Assembly (NCBI GenBank): GCA_044350705.1 | Contig: JBILHA010000001.1 | Location: 177,809-241,808 of the forward strand | Direction: 5' to 3' | Length of the DNA stretch: 64,000 bases | From: Candidatus Kapaibacterium sp. | GTDB lineage: Bacteria; Patescibacteriota; Patescibacteriia; UBA9934 | Part shown: positions 21,312 to 30,747 of the stretch, piece by piece | How positions within the stretch are numbered: position 1 is the stretch's first letter | Layout: each line of letters opens with the position of its first letter | Program-made: the position numbers and the translations under genes | Notes under the pieces: model-generated | Told to the model about the DNA's origin: nothing | Databases searched by the model: none | Seen by the model: only the letters and a program-made list of their open reading frames with translations

Positions 21312-23920
21312 GTATCCCGCTTTCTCCTCAAACTCCTGCACTGCGAGTTGGGCAGCAGATTTTTCATGCCGCTCTTGTTTTTGATGAGCAGATGATCATG
21401 GAACGTCGCGCTCATAAACGGGCGAGAGAGGTGCTTGCGAGCTTAGCGTGGGGGGTGGGTCTTTTTGGTCTCGTCGGAGCCGTGGCGACGTTTGTTCTTT
21501 CCGGTGCTCTTGAAGATGCGTTTACGGTTTCTTATTGGCTTGACGGAGGTCATCCTCCGGTAGCTCTTCTTGCGGCCAGTGGACTTTTGTTGTGTTACGC
21601 CTGGTATCGGCATGCGGCCAATGAGCGCAAGAATCTTTTTTTGTTTGGTGATGATCGTGCACTGGGCATGGTCGGAGAATCACGGGCAAAGCCTTTGTGG
21701 GATGCTGCAGAAGAGGACGCGCAGCGCGTGCTTGAAGATGCATATTTGCTTGCGCTTCGTATGAAGCATGCGGTAGTTACTCCAGTACATCTTTTTTCTA
21801 CATCATTTGCTACTTCTCGCGTACAGACGTTGTTTGCGCGTCTTGGCATTTCCTTTGAGGAGGTAAAAGACGCGCTTAGACGTAAATTGCAGGAAACTCC
21901 TCAAGGACAAGCGGTCTTTGAAAGAAACGCGCAGATTCTTTTTGCGCGTGCCGCTGCAGAAGCATTTGATCATAAGCGTCCTCAGATCACTGCACTCGAT
22001 ATTTGCGCCGCCTCATTTTCGGAAGAACCTTTTTTGCAAGATCTTCTTGCGGAAAAACATGTGGATGTTGATGCGTTTCGTCATGCCGTTGCCTGGCTCG
22101 CCATGCAGGATCAGCTTGTTACTCGCTATCGCGCGTTTCGTGAGGCGGCGGCTTTTAAACCGACCACAAACATGGATCGTGCAATGACCGCCCAAGCTTC
22201 TCCATTTTTAGATGCGGTATCGGAAGACTTTACGCGCAAAGCGGTTTTTGGAGGAATGGGGTTGACGGTTGCGCGTGATCAGGAGACCACGGCGATTTTT
22301 CGGGCGATTGAAGGAGGGGGGAAAAGCGTCGTGCTTGTGGGCGAGCCTGGCGTAGGAAAGATGGCGATTATTGAAGGTATCGCGAGTCTCATGGTTGAAG
22401 AAAAAGTTCCCCGCATCTTGCAAGATAAGCGTCTTTTACGTTTAGATCTTCCTCGCATTGTGAGTGCGCAAGGAGGTCAGGGAGCTGGTGAGCGTCTCTT
22501 ATATGCGCTTAATGAAGCGGCACATGCAGGAAATGTGGTTTTGGTGTTGGAAGATGTGCATCAGCTTGTGGGAGCGGGCGGACAGGGCATCGATCTTGCT
22601 TCCATTTTGGCGAGCGAACTTTCCAAGGGATATACCTTCGCGCTTTGTACTTCGACGCCAAGTGCATATGCGCAGCATCTTGAGCGTTCGGTTCTTGGTC
22701 CTCGATTAGAACGCGTCAGCGTTCAAGAGCCTGAGATTGATAAGGCGATGCGCATGGTTGAGGCGAATGTTGGTTTCATTGAGCATGAACGAGGCGTTGT
22801 TTTTACGTATAAAGCCCTTGATGCGGCAGTGCGGCTCTCTTCTAAATTTGTTGCAGATACTGCGCTCCCTGAAAAGGCGCTTACGCTTTTGCGGGAATCT
22901 GGTGCGCGTGCAAAAGGGAGGGGAGGAGTGCCTTGTTGGGCGACGCATGAAGATGTTGCCGCTATTGTTGAAGAGAAGACGCATGTGCCCGTTTCTGCAA
23001 TTGCGCAAGACGAGACTGCGAAGTTGTTGAATTTAGAAGAGAAAATTCGTGAACGGGTGGTTGGGCAGGAAGATGCGGTGAATGCGGTTTCATCTGCGAT
23101 TCGTCGTGCGCGAACGGCGATGCGTGCTCAAAATCGACCTATTGCGAATTTTCTGTTTCTTGGACCTACGGGTGTGGGAAAGACTGAGCTCGCAAAGGCC
23201 ACTGCTCAGGTATTTTTTGGCGATGAATCACGGATGATTCGTTTTGATATGTCTGAGTATCAGAATAAGGAATCGGTTGCGCGGTTGATTGGAGGAAATG
23301 GAGAGGCGGGCCTTTTGACCGAAGCGGTTCGTAAGGCGCCTTTCTCTTTGGTATTACTCGATGAGTTGGAGAAGGCGCATCCTGATCTTTTGAACGTTTT
23401 TTTGCAAGTCATGGATGATGGTCGTTTGACGGATGGTCTTGGCCGTACGGTTGATTTTACGAATGTTATTCTCATTGCAACGTCGAATGCGGGGACGCTG
23501 TATATTCAAGACGAAGTAGCAAAAGGAAGTTCTCTTGCGGTTATCAAAGAGGGTCTTATGGAAACCGAACTTCGTACGACGTATCGTCCAGAGTTTTTGA
23601 ACCGCTTTGATGACGTCATCGTGTTTCATCCACTTACGTCTGAAGATGTGGTTGCCATTGCCTACTTAATGTCTGCGAGTATTGCGAAGCGTCTTTCGGA
23701 AAAGGGTATTCTTTTGCAAGTTACCGATGCGGCAGTGCATGATCTTGCTGCAATGGGGTACGATCCAAAATTTGGCGCACGTCCTCTGCGTCGTGTGATG
23801 CAGGATAAGATAGAGAATGGTTTGGCTGATCTTCTTTTGCGCGGTGCGGTAGCGACGCGTGATACTGTTGTGGTTGATAAGGGTGTTGTTCTTCGCGTTG
23901 AAAAGGCAAAGGCGTTGTAG
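21308..23920 (+). CDS. ClpC/ClpB-like AAA+ chaperone with N-terminal membrane anchor
   Basis: Two N-terminal TM helices, then Clp_N repeats. D1 has atypical Walker [10 protein letters not shown] and Walker B VLVLED. D2 has canonical Walker [11 protein letters not shown] and Walker [13 protein letters not shown], plus the Clp C-terminal D2-small domain. Confidence 0.85.
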   Translation: MSIPLSPQTPALRVGQQIFHAALVFDEQMIMERRAHKRAREVLASLAWGVGLFGLVGAVATFVLSGALEDAFTVSYWLDGGHPPVALLAASGLLLCYAWYRHAANERKNLFLFGDDRALGMVGESRAKPLWDAAEEDAQRVLEDAYLLALRMKHAVVTPVHLFSTSFATSRVQTLFARLGISFEEVKDALRRKLQETPQGQAVFERNAQILFARAAAEAFDHKRPQITALDICAASFSEEPFLQDLLAEKHVDVDAFRHAVAWLAMQDQLVTRYRAFREAAAFKPTTNMDRAMTAQASPFLDAVSEDFTRKAVFGGMGLTVARDQETTAIFRAIEGGGKSVVLVGEPGVGKMAIIEGIASLMVEEKVPRILQDKRLLRLDLPRIVSAQGGQGAGERLLYALNEAAHAGNVVLVLEDVHQLVGAGGQGIDLASILASELSKGYTFALCTSTPSAYAQHLERSVLGPRLERVSVQEPEIDKAMRMVEANVGFIEHERGVVFTYKALDAAVRLSSKFVADTALPEKALTLLRESGARAKGRGGVPCWATHEDVAAIVEEKTHVPVSAIAQDETAKLLNLEEKIRERVVGQEDAVNAVSSAIRRARTAMRAQNRPIANFLFLGPTGVGKTELAKATAQVFFGDESRMIRFDMSEYQNKESVARLIGGNGEAGLLTEAVRKAPFSLVLLDELEKAHPDLLNVFLQVMDDGRLTDGLGRTVDFTNVILIATSNAGTLYIQDEVAKGSSLAVIKEGLMETELRTTYRPEFLNRFDDVIVFHPLTSEDVVAIAYLMSASIAKRLSEKGILLQVTDAAVHDLAAMGYDPKFGARPLRRVMQDKIENGLADLLLRGAVATRDTVVVDKGVVLRVEKAKAL

Positions 23921-23924
23921 AAAG

Positions 23925-23978
23925 AGGGGAGTAATCCGGCGAGTAGCCGGACGGGAGGGAGTAGGGGGAGTGAGGGGA
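23925..23978. repeat. G-rich dispersed repeat copy A (GGGGAGTRR units + ccggc-gagta-gccgg hairpin core)
   Basis: gggagtaatccggcgagtagccggacgggagggagt is shared exactly with the copy at 35718-35753. Flanked by GGGGAGT(G/A)(A/G) units. Confidence 0.5.
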
Positions 23979-23985
23979 TTGGATT

Positions 23986-24354
23986 TCATTCAGCACGAGA
24001 TTCCTCGTTTGAAGGTTCTTTGAGAACTACAAGATCTGCTTGAGGGAAAGAAAGGGAGCTGAGAGGGATGGTTTTTTCTCGGATTGCTCCGATCCAATAG
24101 GTTTTCCGTTCAATGAATCCAATTTCAAAATGTTCTTCAGAAAGGATGCATTCAAGGGTGAGGGCGTAGCTTTCATCTTCGGTGTAAAACCAAAAGCGGT
24201 CGTCATCTCCGGTTCGTTCAAGATCCATGCATTTTCCGAGGATATATTCATTTTCATTCGCCTCAAAGCGTGTTCCGGGAACACAGGCGGTCTTCAAACG
24301 CTGTGCAAGATCCTCTGAAATGAGGATGGTCCCATCAATATTGCGTGCCCACAT
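23986..24354 (-). CDS. Hypothetical protein
   Basis: 122-aa ORF, no recognisable motif. Convergent with the Clp-like gene. Confidence 0.35.
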   Translation of the reverse strand: MWARNIDGTILISEDLAQRLKTACVPGTRFEANENEYILGKCMDLERTGDDDRFWFYTEDESYALTLECILSEEHFEIGFIERKTYWIGAIREKTIPLSSLSFPQADLVVLKEPSNEESRAE

Positions 24355-24403
24355 AGATAGTATTTAGTTTGACGTCTTCTCTTTAAAATGTCTACTCTGC
24401 TGT

Positions 24404-25435
24404 ATGCCTTTGTGGATTTATCCTGTTATTTTAGCAGCATTTGCCTGCTCTGCTGGAGGGGTTTTTTTCTGTATGAATCTTGCTCAACAGTGGAAGGTTT
24501 TGGATGTGCCGGCATTACCGAAGAAGGTCCATGATGTTCCTACCCCTTTATGGGGAGGTGTTGCTCCTTTTCTTCTCTTTATCCTTTTTGCAGGAGTGGT
24601 AGAGCTAACCACAGGATTTTTTACCTCTGGTTCACTTGCTTCTCAAACTCTGTGGGGATTTTTTGGTGCACTTCTCATTTTGGTTGGAGGGGGCATGTGG
24701 GATGATGTGAAGGCGCTTCCTCCGCGTGTTTCTTTTTTATTTCCTTTTCTTGCCGCTCTTCTTGCGGTTGCAGCGGGAATGGGAGTGAGCAAGGTTACCA
24801 ATCCTTTTGGAGGTGCTTTTGTGGTCGCGTCATCTCTTTCGGTGGTTATTACTTTTTTGTGGCTATTGGGCGTAACGTACACCACTAAGCTTTTAGATGG
24901 CGTAGACGGTCTTGCAACGGGCGTGGGGATGGTTGGTGCGGTGATGATTGCGGCGCTTACGTTAAGCGAACGTTGGTACCAGCCGGATATTGCCCTTCTC
25001 TCTCTTCTTTTTTTTGCGGTTCTTCTCGGGTTCTTTTTATGGAATAGCGCACCTGCGAAGATTTTTCTTGGCGAAGCCGGGAGTACCGCGATTGGGTTTA
25101 CTCTTGGCGCCCTCGCCGTGATGGGAGGAAGCAAATTTGCAACGCTTTTGCTTGTTGTTGGTCTTCCAGCGCTTGATGTGGCCTTTGTGATGGTGCGAAG
25201 AATTTTGGTGAGGAGATCGCCTTTTCAAGGAGGGGATGGGTTTCATTTTCATACGGTACTTCGGAAATGTGGATGGTCTGCACGCAAGATTGTTGCGCTC
25301 TACATGGCCACCGCTTTTATTTTTGGAGCAACTACACTTCTTTTTGTTTCTTGGCAGAAGCTGCTTGCGTTGGCAGTTTTGGGGGGTGGCGCTCTTGTTG
25401 CCATGATTGTTTTTGCAAGAAAGGCAGAGGGATAG
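24404..25435 (+). CDS. MraY/WecA-family polyprenyl-phosphate sugar-1-phosphate transferase
   Basis: Polytopic membrane protein with family motifs LLDGVDGLATGV and IFLGEAGSTAIGFTLG. A His-rich loop DGFHFH is suggestive of MraY, but MraY versus WecA not resolvable by eye. Confidence 0.7.
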   Translation: MPLWIYPVILAAFACSAGGVFFCMNLAQQWKVLDVPALPKKVHDVPTPLWGGVAPFLLFILFAGVVELTTGFFTSGSLASQTLWGFFGALLILVGGGMWDDVKALPPRVSFLFPFLAALLAVAAGMGVSKVTNPFGGAFVVASSLSVVITFLWLLGVTYTTKLLDGVDGLATGVGMVGAVMIAALTLSERWYQPDIALLSLLFFAVLLGFFLWNSAPAKIFLGEAGSTAIGFTLGALAVMGGSKFATLLLVVGLPALDVAFVMVRRILVRRSPFQGGDGFHFHTVLRKCGWSARKIVALYMATAFIFGATTLLFVSWQKLLALAVLGGGALVAMIVFARKAEG

Positions 25436-25491
25436 CTTTTTTTGGGAGATTTGCTACCCTTGTGCTGCCCAATTTCAAGGAGGGCAGGATC

Positions 25492-26448
25492 ATGAGTCTG
25501 TATCAGCTTCGTACGGTTTCTCTGGACGATCTCCGTTCCATTGGTTCCGGCGTTCTCGTTCGGCAGATTCTCCGGGATGATTTCCTCCTGGTCGAGGGGG
25601 CTGCATCGGAGCAGCTCATGGACGACGCTGAGGGTCTCACTCAGCGTCTGTTCACCGAGTGGTCTCTCTGGGAGCTGGAGGAGCGGTACGGTCGTCCCAG
25701 TCTCCGTCGCCAGCGTGGTCTCACGGCCAAGCTGGGTGTGGAGCAGGCGGCTGCTCGCCCGGGTGAGAAGGAACGTCCTCCGGGGGACATGAAGGTCTTC
25801 GGCATGTTCCGGATGGAAGAATGGCCTGACAACATGGCCGTGGATGCGCCGTTCGGTCCCAACCTCTGGCCGGATGAGATCTTGCCGGAATTCAAGCCGG
25901 TCATGCTGCGGCACATGCAGGCGCAGATGGATGTCTACATGGCGGTGCTCGGTGCTCTGGAGGAGGCCTATGGCTTCTCGCAGGGTTTCCTGCAGCGCAT
26001 GGCACGTGGCGCTGAATCTGTCGCTCGCAACATCTTCTACCCGGGGTCTGATCTCCTTGCGCAGTGGGGGATCGAGGTTCCGGAAGGTGCACTGCAGTCT
26101 GCTCCGCACGAGGACATCAACGGCTGTACCGTGCTTCGGCTCAACAAGGGGTTGTATCTTCAGCGCCATGATGAATGGAAGCGGGTGGATACCTCGAACC
26201 GCAGGGCCTTTGGGGTCAATGTCGGTGAGATGATCTGCAAGGTGGCCGGGATCGATGATCTTGTCCCCACCACGCACTGCGTCGGTGCGCCTCCAGGTGT
26301 TTTCGACCCTGAAGCCGAGATGCTCCAGCGGATGCCGCGTGTGGCCATTCTGCTCTTCGGTCACTTCCTTCGTTCGACTGAGCTCAGGCCTGGTCTTCGA
26401 ACGGGGGACTGGTTCGACCAGCGTATTCAGGAGATCACCCAGGGTTGA
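25492..26448 (+). CDS. 2OG-Fe(II) oxygenase superfamily protein (IPNS-like), high-GC gene
   Basis: Starts MSLYQL with RBS AAGGAGG 7 nt upstream. Putative HxD...H iron triad (APHEDINGCTVL ... TTHCVGAPPG). Codon usage strongly GC3-biased, ~62% GC against a ~49% background. Confidence 0.5.
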   Translation: MSLYQLRTVSLDDLRSIGSGVLVRQILRDDFLLVEGAASEQLMDDAEGLTQRLFTEWSLWELEERYGRPSLRRQRGLTAKLGVEQAAARPGEKERPPGDMKVFGMFRMEEWPDNMAVDAPFGPNLWPDEILPEFKPVMLRHMQAQMDVYMAVLGALEEAYGFSQGFLQRMARGAESVARNIFYPGSDLLAQWGIEVPEGALQSAPHEDINGCTVLRLNKGLYLQRHDEWKRVDTSNRRAFGVNVGEMICKVAGIDDLVPTTHCVGAPPGVFDPEAEMLQRMPRVAILLFGHFLRSTELRPGLRTGDWFDQRIQEITQG

Positions 26449-26555
26449 GGAGGGAGCCCGTGTTTCGTCGAGGGGAGTGTTTCTGGCCTGAAGAAGGCTG
26501 GGGACGCTCCCCGTTGAGTTTCTGGAGAAAATTTGGCATGCTTTTTATCGAAAAT

Positions 26556-27014
26556 ATGACGATGAAACAAAAAATTCTTGCAGGAAGCATGCTTCTCTTG
26601 GTGAGCGTTGCGGGTTTTATAGCTTGGTCGTTTCAGACGTCTGTCGAACGTATTTCTATTAATGGTACTGAGTTTACCGTGCGTGTTGCCGAGCGACCTT
26701 TTGCGCAAAAGAAGGGTTTATCGGGATATACTGAGGAGAGTTTGCAGGAAGAGGGGATGCTTTTCTTGTTTTCTGAAAGTAAAGTGCGAGAGTTTTGGAT
26801 GAGGGGCATGGAGTTTGATCTTGATATTTTATGGATTGCTGATGGAAAGATTGTGGCGATTGATCGAGATGTTGATGCGCCTTATTCGCGCAATGACGAG
26901 CCTGAGCGCGCTACGTCTAGTCCGTTAAAAGTGAATGCGGTTTTGGAGCTTCCTGCCGGAAAGGCCGATGAGTTGGGTCTTGTGGAAGGTATGACCATGG
27001 TGGTTCTCGAATAA
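26556..27014 (+). CDS. DUF192-domain protein (secreted/membrane-anchored)
   Basis: N-terminal TM/signal (MKQKILAGSMLLLVSVAGFIAW). DUF192-like core (MLFLFSESKVREFWMRGMEFDLDILWIADGKIVAI...VLELPAG). Confidence 0.55.
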   Translation: MTMKQKILAGSMLLLVSVAGFIAWSFQTSVERISINGTEFTVRVAERPFAQKKGLSGYTEESLQEEGMLFLFSESKVREFWMRGMEFDLDILWIADGKIVAIDRDVDAPYSRNDEPERATSSPLKVNAVLELPAGKADELGLVEGMTMVVLE

Positions 27015-27037
27015 AAAGGCAAATCACAGCCATTTTC

Positions 27038-27066
27038 TTGACGATTTGGGACGAGAATGCTATAGT
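27038..27066 (+). promoter_or_regulatory. Sigma70-like promoter upstream of rplU (TTGACG-17-TATAGT)
   Basis: ttgacg (27038-27043), 17-nt spacer, tatagt (27061-27066). Leaves an ~80-nt leader before the rplU ATG. Confidence 0.4.
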
Positions 27067-27148
27067 CTTGCCGTCAATTCTTAGCGGTTTGTCCAGGGTA
27101 TGCAAGTCTTATAGACATCGTTTATAAGCACCCGCGCAACCAATTTCT

Positions 27149-27463
27149 ATGATGCACGCAGTTATTACCACCGGCGGCAAGCAATACCTCGTTGCTGAAG
27201 GTGAAACCATTCAGGTAGAAAAGCTTACGGCTGAAGCTGGTGAAAAGATCCAGTTTGATGCCATGCTTGTTACCAATACGGAAGGTACGGATGTACGCGT
27301 TGGAACTCCTCTTGTTTCTGGCGTAAAAGTAAGTGCCGTTGTTGCTGAGCATGGTCGCGGAGAGAAGATCTCTGTAATTAAGTACAAGCGCAAGGCTCGT
27401 TACCGCCGCAATGTTGGTCATCGTCAGCCATTTACGATGCTTACCATCGAAAAGATTGCATAA
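27149..27463 (+). CDS. rplU: 50S ribosomal protein L21
   Basis: MHAVITTGGKQYLVAEGETIQVEKL...ISVIKYKRKARYRRNVGHRQPFTMLTIEKI. Not followed by rpmA. Confidence 0.9.
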   Translation: MMHAVITTGGKQYLVAEGETIQVEKLTAEAGEKIQFDAMLVTNTEGTDVRVGTPLVSGVKVSAVVAEHGRGEKISVIKYKRKARYRRNVGHRQPFTMLTIEKIA

Positions 27464-27504
27464 AAAATTCCCTTCGGATATATCCGAAGGGAATTTTTAT
27501 TTTC
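27464..27504. terminator. Rho-independent terminator after rplU (bidirectional)
   Basis: aaaaaa-ttcccttcggatatatccgaagggaa-tttttatttt, an 11-bp perfect stem. Confidence 0.65.
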
Positions 27505-28351
27505 GTAGTGAGGAAGAGATTTTCCAGTAGCCTGAAGGTAGATGAACTCGTGTAATGCCAAAATGTGTTTTGAAGTTGGAGAGGCCCCACCAGGGATCAA
27601 GGCGAGAGGTGTGAGGTCCGACCATGAGGCCAAAGTTTCCTGCGCGGTATCCGCGTTCTTGGAGGAGAGCGAGCCAAGTATGGACGAGCCCGGTCATGGG
27701 TTGAAGTTTTGCAGCTTCCGGGAGAAAATATCCCATGATGTACATACTTTCTTTACTCTCTTCGTCGTTTGCCGCAACAAAGCACGCGATGCGTTTCCCT
27801 TCCTTATTTTCGGCGACAAAGATATCGATATTTTCTGGATCAATGGTCAGACGATAGGCAACGATGCGTGCGAGGGCGAGACTCATGGTGCGCGGCACTT
27901 GCGAGCGGAGCATGTCTGTTTCGAGATCTTCATATGTTCCCAAACGTACGCTACATTCTGCTTTATAAAATGTTTTCAGGTGCCGTTTTGCATGTGTTGA
28001 CCATGTCGTGGTGACGTCGGTATTAGAAGTAATGTACGCAATTCCATGGTGTGAATGATTTCCAAGGGGAAGCCAAGAAGTCCGGTCTTTTTTGAGGGGC
28101 CAGATGCCTGGTGCCCATTCGTCGATGGTTATCCAAGATGGGGATGGGGGGTGGGGTGTAGGGGGTTTGCCATTTTTTGTATAGTGACGACGCCACGTGA
28201 ACAGGCGTGAGGAGAAAACGGTATCGGTGTAGCCATTTTTTAAGGTGGTCGTTGGAGGCATCCCTCTTCGGTGCCAGCTGGATGATCTCCAGGCGTGTTT
28301 ATCATTTGTAAGGATGTGGCACACATCATGAACAAAGGTGAGACGATCCAT
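27497..28351 (-). CDS. FemAB/GNAT-like acyltransferase-fold protein (hypothetical)
   Basis: C-terminal half (IFVAENKEGKRIACFVAANDEESKESMYIMGYFLPEAAKLQPMTGLVHTWLALLQERGYRAGNFGLMVGP) resembles the FemAB/Acetyltransf_6 GNAT-like core. Start uncertain: ORF track start 28477 overlaps the upstream gene by 152 nt. Internal Mets at 28351 and 28261. Confidence 0.4.
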   Translation of the reverse strand: MDRLTFVHDVCHILTNDKHAWRSSSWHRRGMPPTTTLKNGYTDTVFSSRLFTWRRHYTKNGKPPTPHPPSPSWITIDEWAPGIWPLKKDRTSWLPLGNHSHHGIAYITSNTDVTTTWSTHAKRHLKTFYKAECSVRLGTYEDLETDMLRSQVPRTMSLALARIVAYRLTIDPENIDIFVAENKEGKRIACFVAANDEESKESMYIMGYFLPEAAKLQPMTGLVHTWLALLQERGYRAGNFGLMVGPHTSRLDPWWGLSNFKTHFGITRVHLPSGYWKISSSLRK

Positions 28352-28925
28352 ACATGCCAATAGTTGATGCGTAGTACTGTATGCGTTTGCGTGGAAGATG
28401 GGCAATTGTATTATCCACTTCGCGGAGGATGTCTTGGTGCGTGTATACGTTGATAAAGGTAAAATCGGAATGCGCAATGACGTGCTGCAGAAAAGGGAGT
28501 TTTCTTACGCAAGGTGCTACATCTGCTCCGGTGAACAGATCAATGCAGGTTATGTTGGTGTGGGGCATCGTTTTTGTCCATATTTCCGCATCTGCTTCGA
28601 TGAGGGTCGTGTTATTTTCTGAGGTCAGGCTTTGTTCCGCGATGTTTTTGAGGGTGGAGTCCCATTCAATGCCGGTGATATTTGCGGAAGGAAATTTTTT
28701 GGCCGCAATACGGAGCGCCCCACCTGTTCCGACTCCCAGGAAAAGTATCGAAGAAGGGGAGAATTTTTTTGGAAGCGTGCGTAGGGCAGTTTTCCAGAGG
28801 CTATTCATGTACGATCCAGATTGCTCTGTTCCATCTTCTGCGAGGAGGCGTTGTGAATTAAAAAACTTCACGAGACGCATGCGCCCGTTGCGCGTGTCGA
28901 GTTCGTGAAGTTCTTTCCAGGCCAT
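28326..28925 (-). CDS. Class I SAM-dependent methyltransferase
   Basis: Rossmann SAM motif ILFLGVGTGGALRIAAKKF, acidic residue after beta2 (ITGIEWD), motif II region LIEADAEIW. Confidence 0.6.
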   Translation of the reverse strand: MAWKELHELDTRNGRMRLVKFFNSQRLLAEDGTEQSGSYMNSLWKTALRTLPKKFSPSSILFLGVGTGGALRIAAKKFPSANITGIEWDSTLKNIAEQSLTSENNTTLIEADAEIWTKTMPHTNITCIDLFTGADVAPCVRKLPFLQHVIAHSDFTFINVYTHQDILREVDNTIAHLPRKRIQYYASTIGMYGSSHLCS

Positions 28926-28931
28926 GGTTAT

Positions 28932-29525
28932 TTATTCAATGTCTCCAAGCCATGTGCGCATGTCTTCGATTTCTGCAGATTGGGTTTCAATGATCTTTTC
29001 TGCAAGTGCTTTCATTTCCTCTCGTGTCGTTGTGTGGAGGAGCATTTGTGCCATCATGACTGCCATTTCATGGTGAGGAATCATTTGCTGTAAGAAAGTT
29101 TCGTCGATATTCTTCGCATTTGAAAGTGCGGCAAGATCTCCTGACATGGTTCCCATATGCATGGATCCCATGCCATGCATAGAGATGAGCGGGCTTTTTT
29201 CCGGGATATCTTTCCCGAACCATGTTTTGTACCATGCGCGCATCTGGGTAATTTCTTCTTCTTGTGCATCGATGATTGATTGTGCAAGGTTTCTGACTTC
29301 TTCGGTTTTTGCTTTCGCAAGTGCAATTTTCGCCATTTCGATTGCTCCTTCGTGATGAGGGATCATTTCTTCAATGAAGACCGCGTCAATGGAGCTGTCG
29401 GCGGAGCTTTCGGTCGTCGTTTTTCGGTACCAGAAGAAATCGTCGCGGGCAACAATAATGATGCCGCTGGTGATAACGCCGATGAGTATGCCGATGAGGA
29501 GAGGAGGGGCGAATGAGGGTTTCAT
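28932..29525 (-). CDS. DUF305-domain protein (metal-binding four-helix bundle)
   Basis: N-terminal TM. Two DUF305 half-motifs MIPHHEGAIEMAKIAL and MIPHHEMAVMMAQMLL. Confidence 0.75.
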   Translation of the reverse strand: MKPSFAPPLLIGILIGVITSGIIIVARDDFFWYRKTTTESSADSSIDAVFIEEMIPHHEGAIEMAKIALAKAKTEEVRNLAQSIIDAQEEEITQMRAWYKTWFGKDIPEKSPLISMHGMGSMHMGTMSGDLAALSNAKNIDETFLQQMIPHHEMAVMMAQMLLHTTTREEMKALAEKIIETQSAEIEDMRTWLGDIE

Positions 29526-29530
29526 AAACT

Positions 29531-29590
29531 GGAGAGGGGAGTAAGGGGAGTAGGGGGAGTAAAGGGAGTGGGGGGGTTGGGTGTGGAGGA
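29531..29590. repeat. G-rich dispersed repeat copy C (tandem GGGGAGTRR units)
   Basis: ggagaggggagtaaggggagtagggggagtaaagggagtgggggggttggg, directly upstream (C-rich on the mRNA strand) of the DUF305 gene start. Confidence 0.45.
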
Positions 29591-29615
29591 ATTTGATTGA
29601 ACATGGTCAATATCT

Positions 29616-30215
29616 TCACGTTTCACTTCTGCCTTGCAGTGCGCTTAAGAGCGTTACTTCATCAGCATACTCAATATCTGCGCCCATGGGGAGGCCGCGA
29701 GCAAGACGAGTAACTTTTCTTTGGAACGGTTTTAGTATACGGGAAAGATACATGATTGTTGTTTCACCGTGCACATCGGGGGAGAAGGCGAGAATGATTT
29801 CTTTTATTTCTGAAGAAGACTCTATGCGTTTGAGGAGTTCCTTTATGTTCAATGTTTCCGGAGTTCTGCCATCAACAGGATTGAGCGTGCCTCCCAGAAC
29901 GAAATACTTTCCTGTGAATGCTGCAGTCGCTTCCATGGTTGCGACATCGCGAGACTCGGCGACAACACAAAGCTGGTGTTTGTTGCGTTGGGTATTTCGG
30001 CAGATTTCACAGACAGCTCCTTCGCTAAATGCAAAACACGACTCACATGTTTGCACGTTCGCTAATTCAGCAAGCGCTTTTGCAAATGACGCGATGTCGT
30101 GTTTTGTGAAATGGAGAACCGCAAATGCGTACCGCAGGGCGGTCTTTGGGCCAACGCCCGGCAATTTCCCTAGTGCGCTAGCAGCGTTACGAATGGGCGC
30201 GGGGAAGTTTCTCAC
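29616..30215 (-). CDS. recR: Recombination protein RecR
   Basis: HhH region, C4 zinc finger CESCFAFSEGAVCEICRN, Toprim (VVAESRDVATMEATAAFTGKYFVLGG...ILAFSPDVHGETT). Confidence 0.9.
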   Translation of the reverse strand: MRNFPAPIRNAASALGKLPGVGPKTALRYAFAVLHFTKHDIASFAKALAELANVQTCESCFAFSEGAVCEICRNTQRNKHQLCVVAESRDVATMEATAAFTGKYFVLGGTLNPVDGRTPETLNIKELLKRIESSSEIKEIILAFSPDVHGETTIMYLSRILKPFQRKVTRLARGLPMGADIEYADEVTLLSALQGRSET

Positions 30216-30218
30216 ATC

Positions 30219-30518
30219 CTACTGACCCATCATGTTTTTGATGGCTTCGAGACCGCCTCCCATCTCTTGCATCTTTTTCATGAGTTCGCTTTGGAGTTTT
30301 TTATTTGCATCGGTGATGGCATCTTTCACGCCTTCCTCGATCTTTGTTTTTTCCATGCCTTCTTCAATTTGTACGCCGAGTACCTCGTGGCTTCCGTTAA
30401 AGGTGATGAGTACTTTTCCGCTTGCGCCAGAACCGACGACAATGACCTCATCAAGCATTTCTTTCATCTGCTTGGCCTGATCGCGCATGTCTTTGAATTG
30501 TTTGAGTTTATTAAACAT
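30219..30518 (-). CDS. ybaB: Nucleoid-associated protein YbaB/EbfC
   Basis: 99 aa. MFNKLKQFKDMRDQAKQMKEMLDEV...GSGASGKVLITFNGSHEVLGVQIEE. Confidence 0.85.
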   Translation of the reverse strand: MFNKLKQFKDMRDQAKQMKEMLDEVIVVGSGASGKVLITFNGSHEVLGVQIEEGMEKTKIEEGVKDAITDANKKLQSELMKKMQEMGGGLEAIKNMMGQ

Positions 30519-30747
30519 AGAAGAACGATTTATTTTGCCTCTTTTGGCCCCTATTTATTATTACTTGAACAAAGGTAGTTTAAAGGAAAGCCTGTTTTTC
30601 GGAAACCCTTCTTGTGCACGGTTTTTTGGGATTTTATTTATATAAATCCCAGAAAATGCTCTTTTTTCGAGCGGCCTGACGTCTCAAAGAAATGATTTTA
30701 TACAAGCAAATTTGACGATTCGGTTTCTCATGACGAACGCTTGGCTT

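Noticed and set aside
25300-26364. 354-aa minus-strand ORF and several other long ORFs in all frames across the high-GC segment
   Set aside because: High GC depletes stop codons in every frame. Only the plus-strand frame starting at 25492 has an RBS and an oxygenase-like motif set.
30519-30747. Palindrome gggattttatttatataaatccc between dnaB and ybaB as a terminator or small RNA
   Set aside because: The T-run precedes rather than follows the hairpin on the plus strand, and there is no U-tract for the minus-strand transcript. Insufficient for a terminator call.
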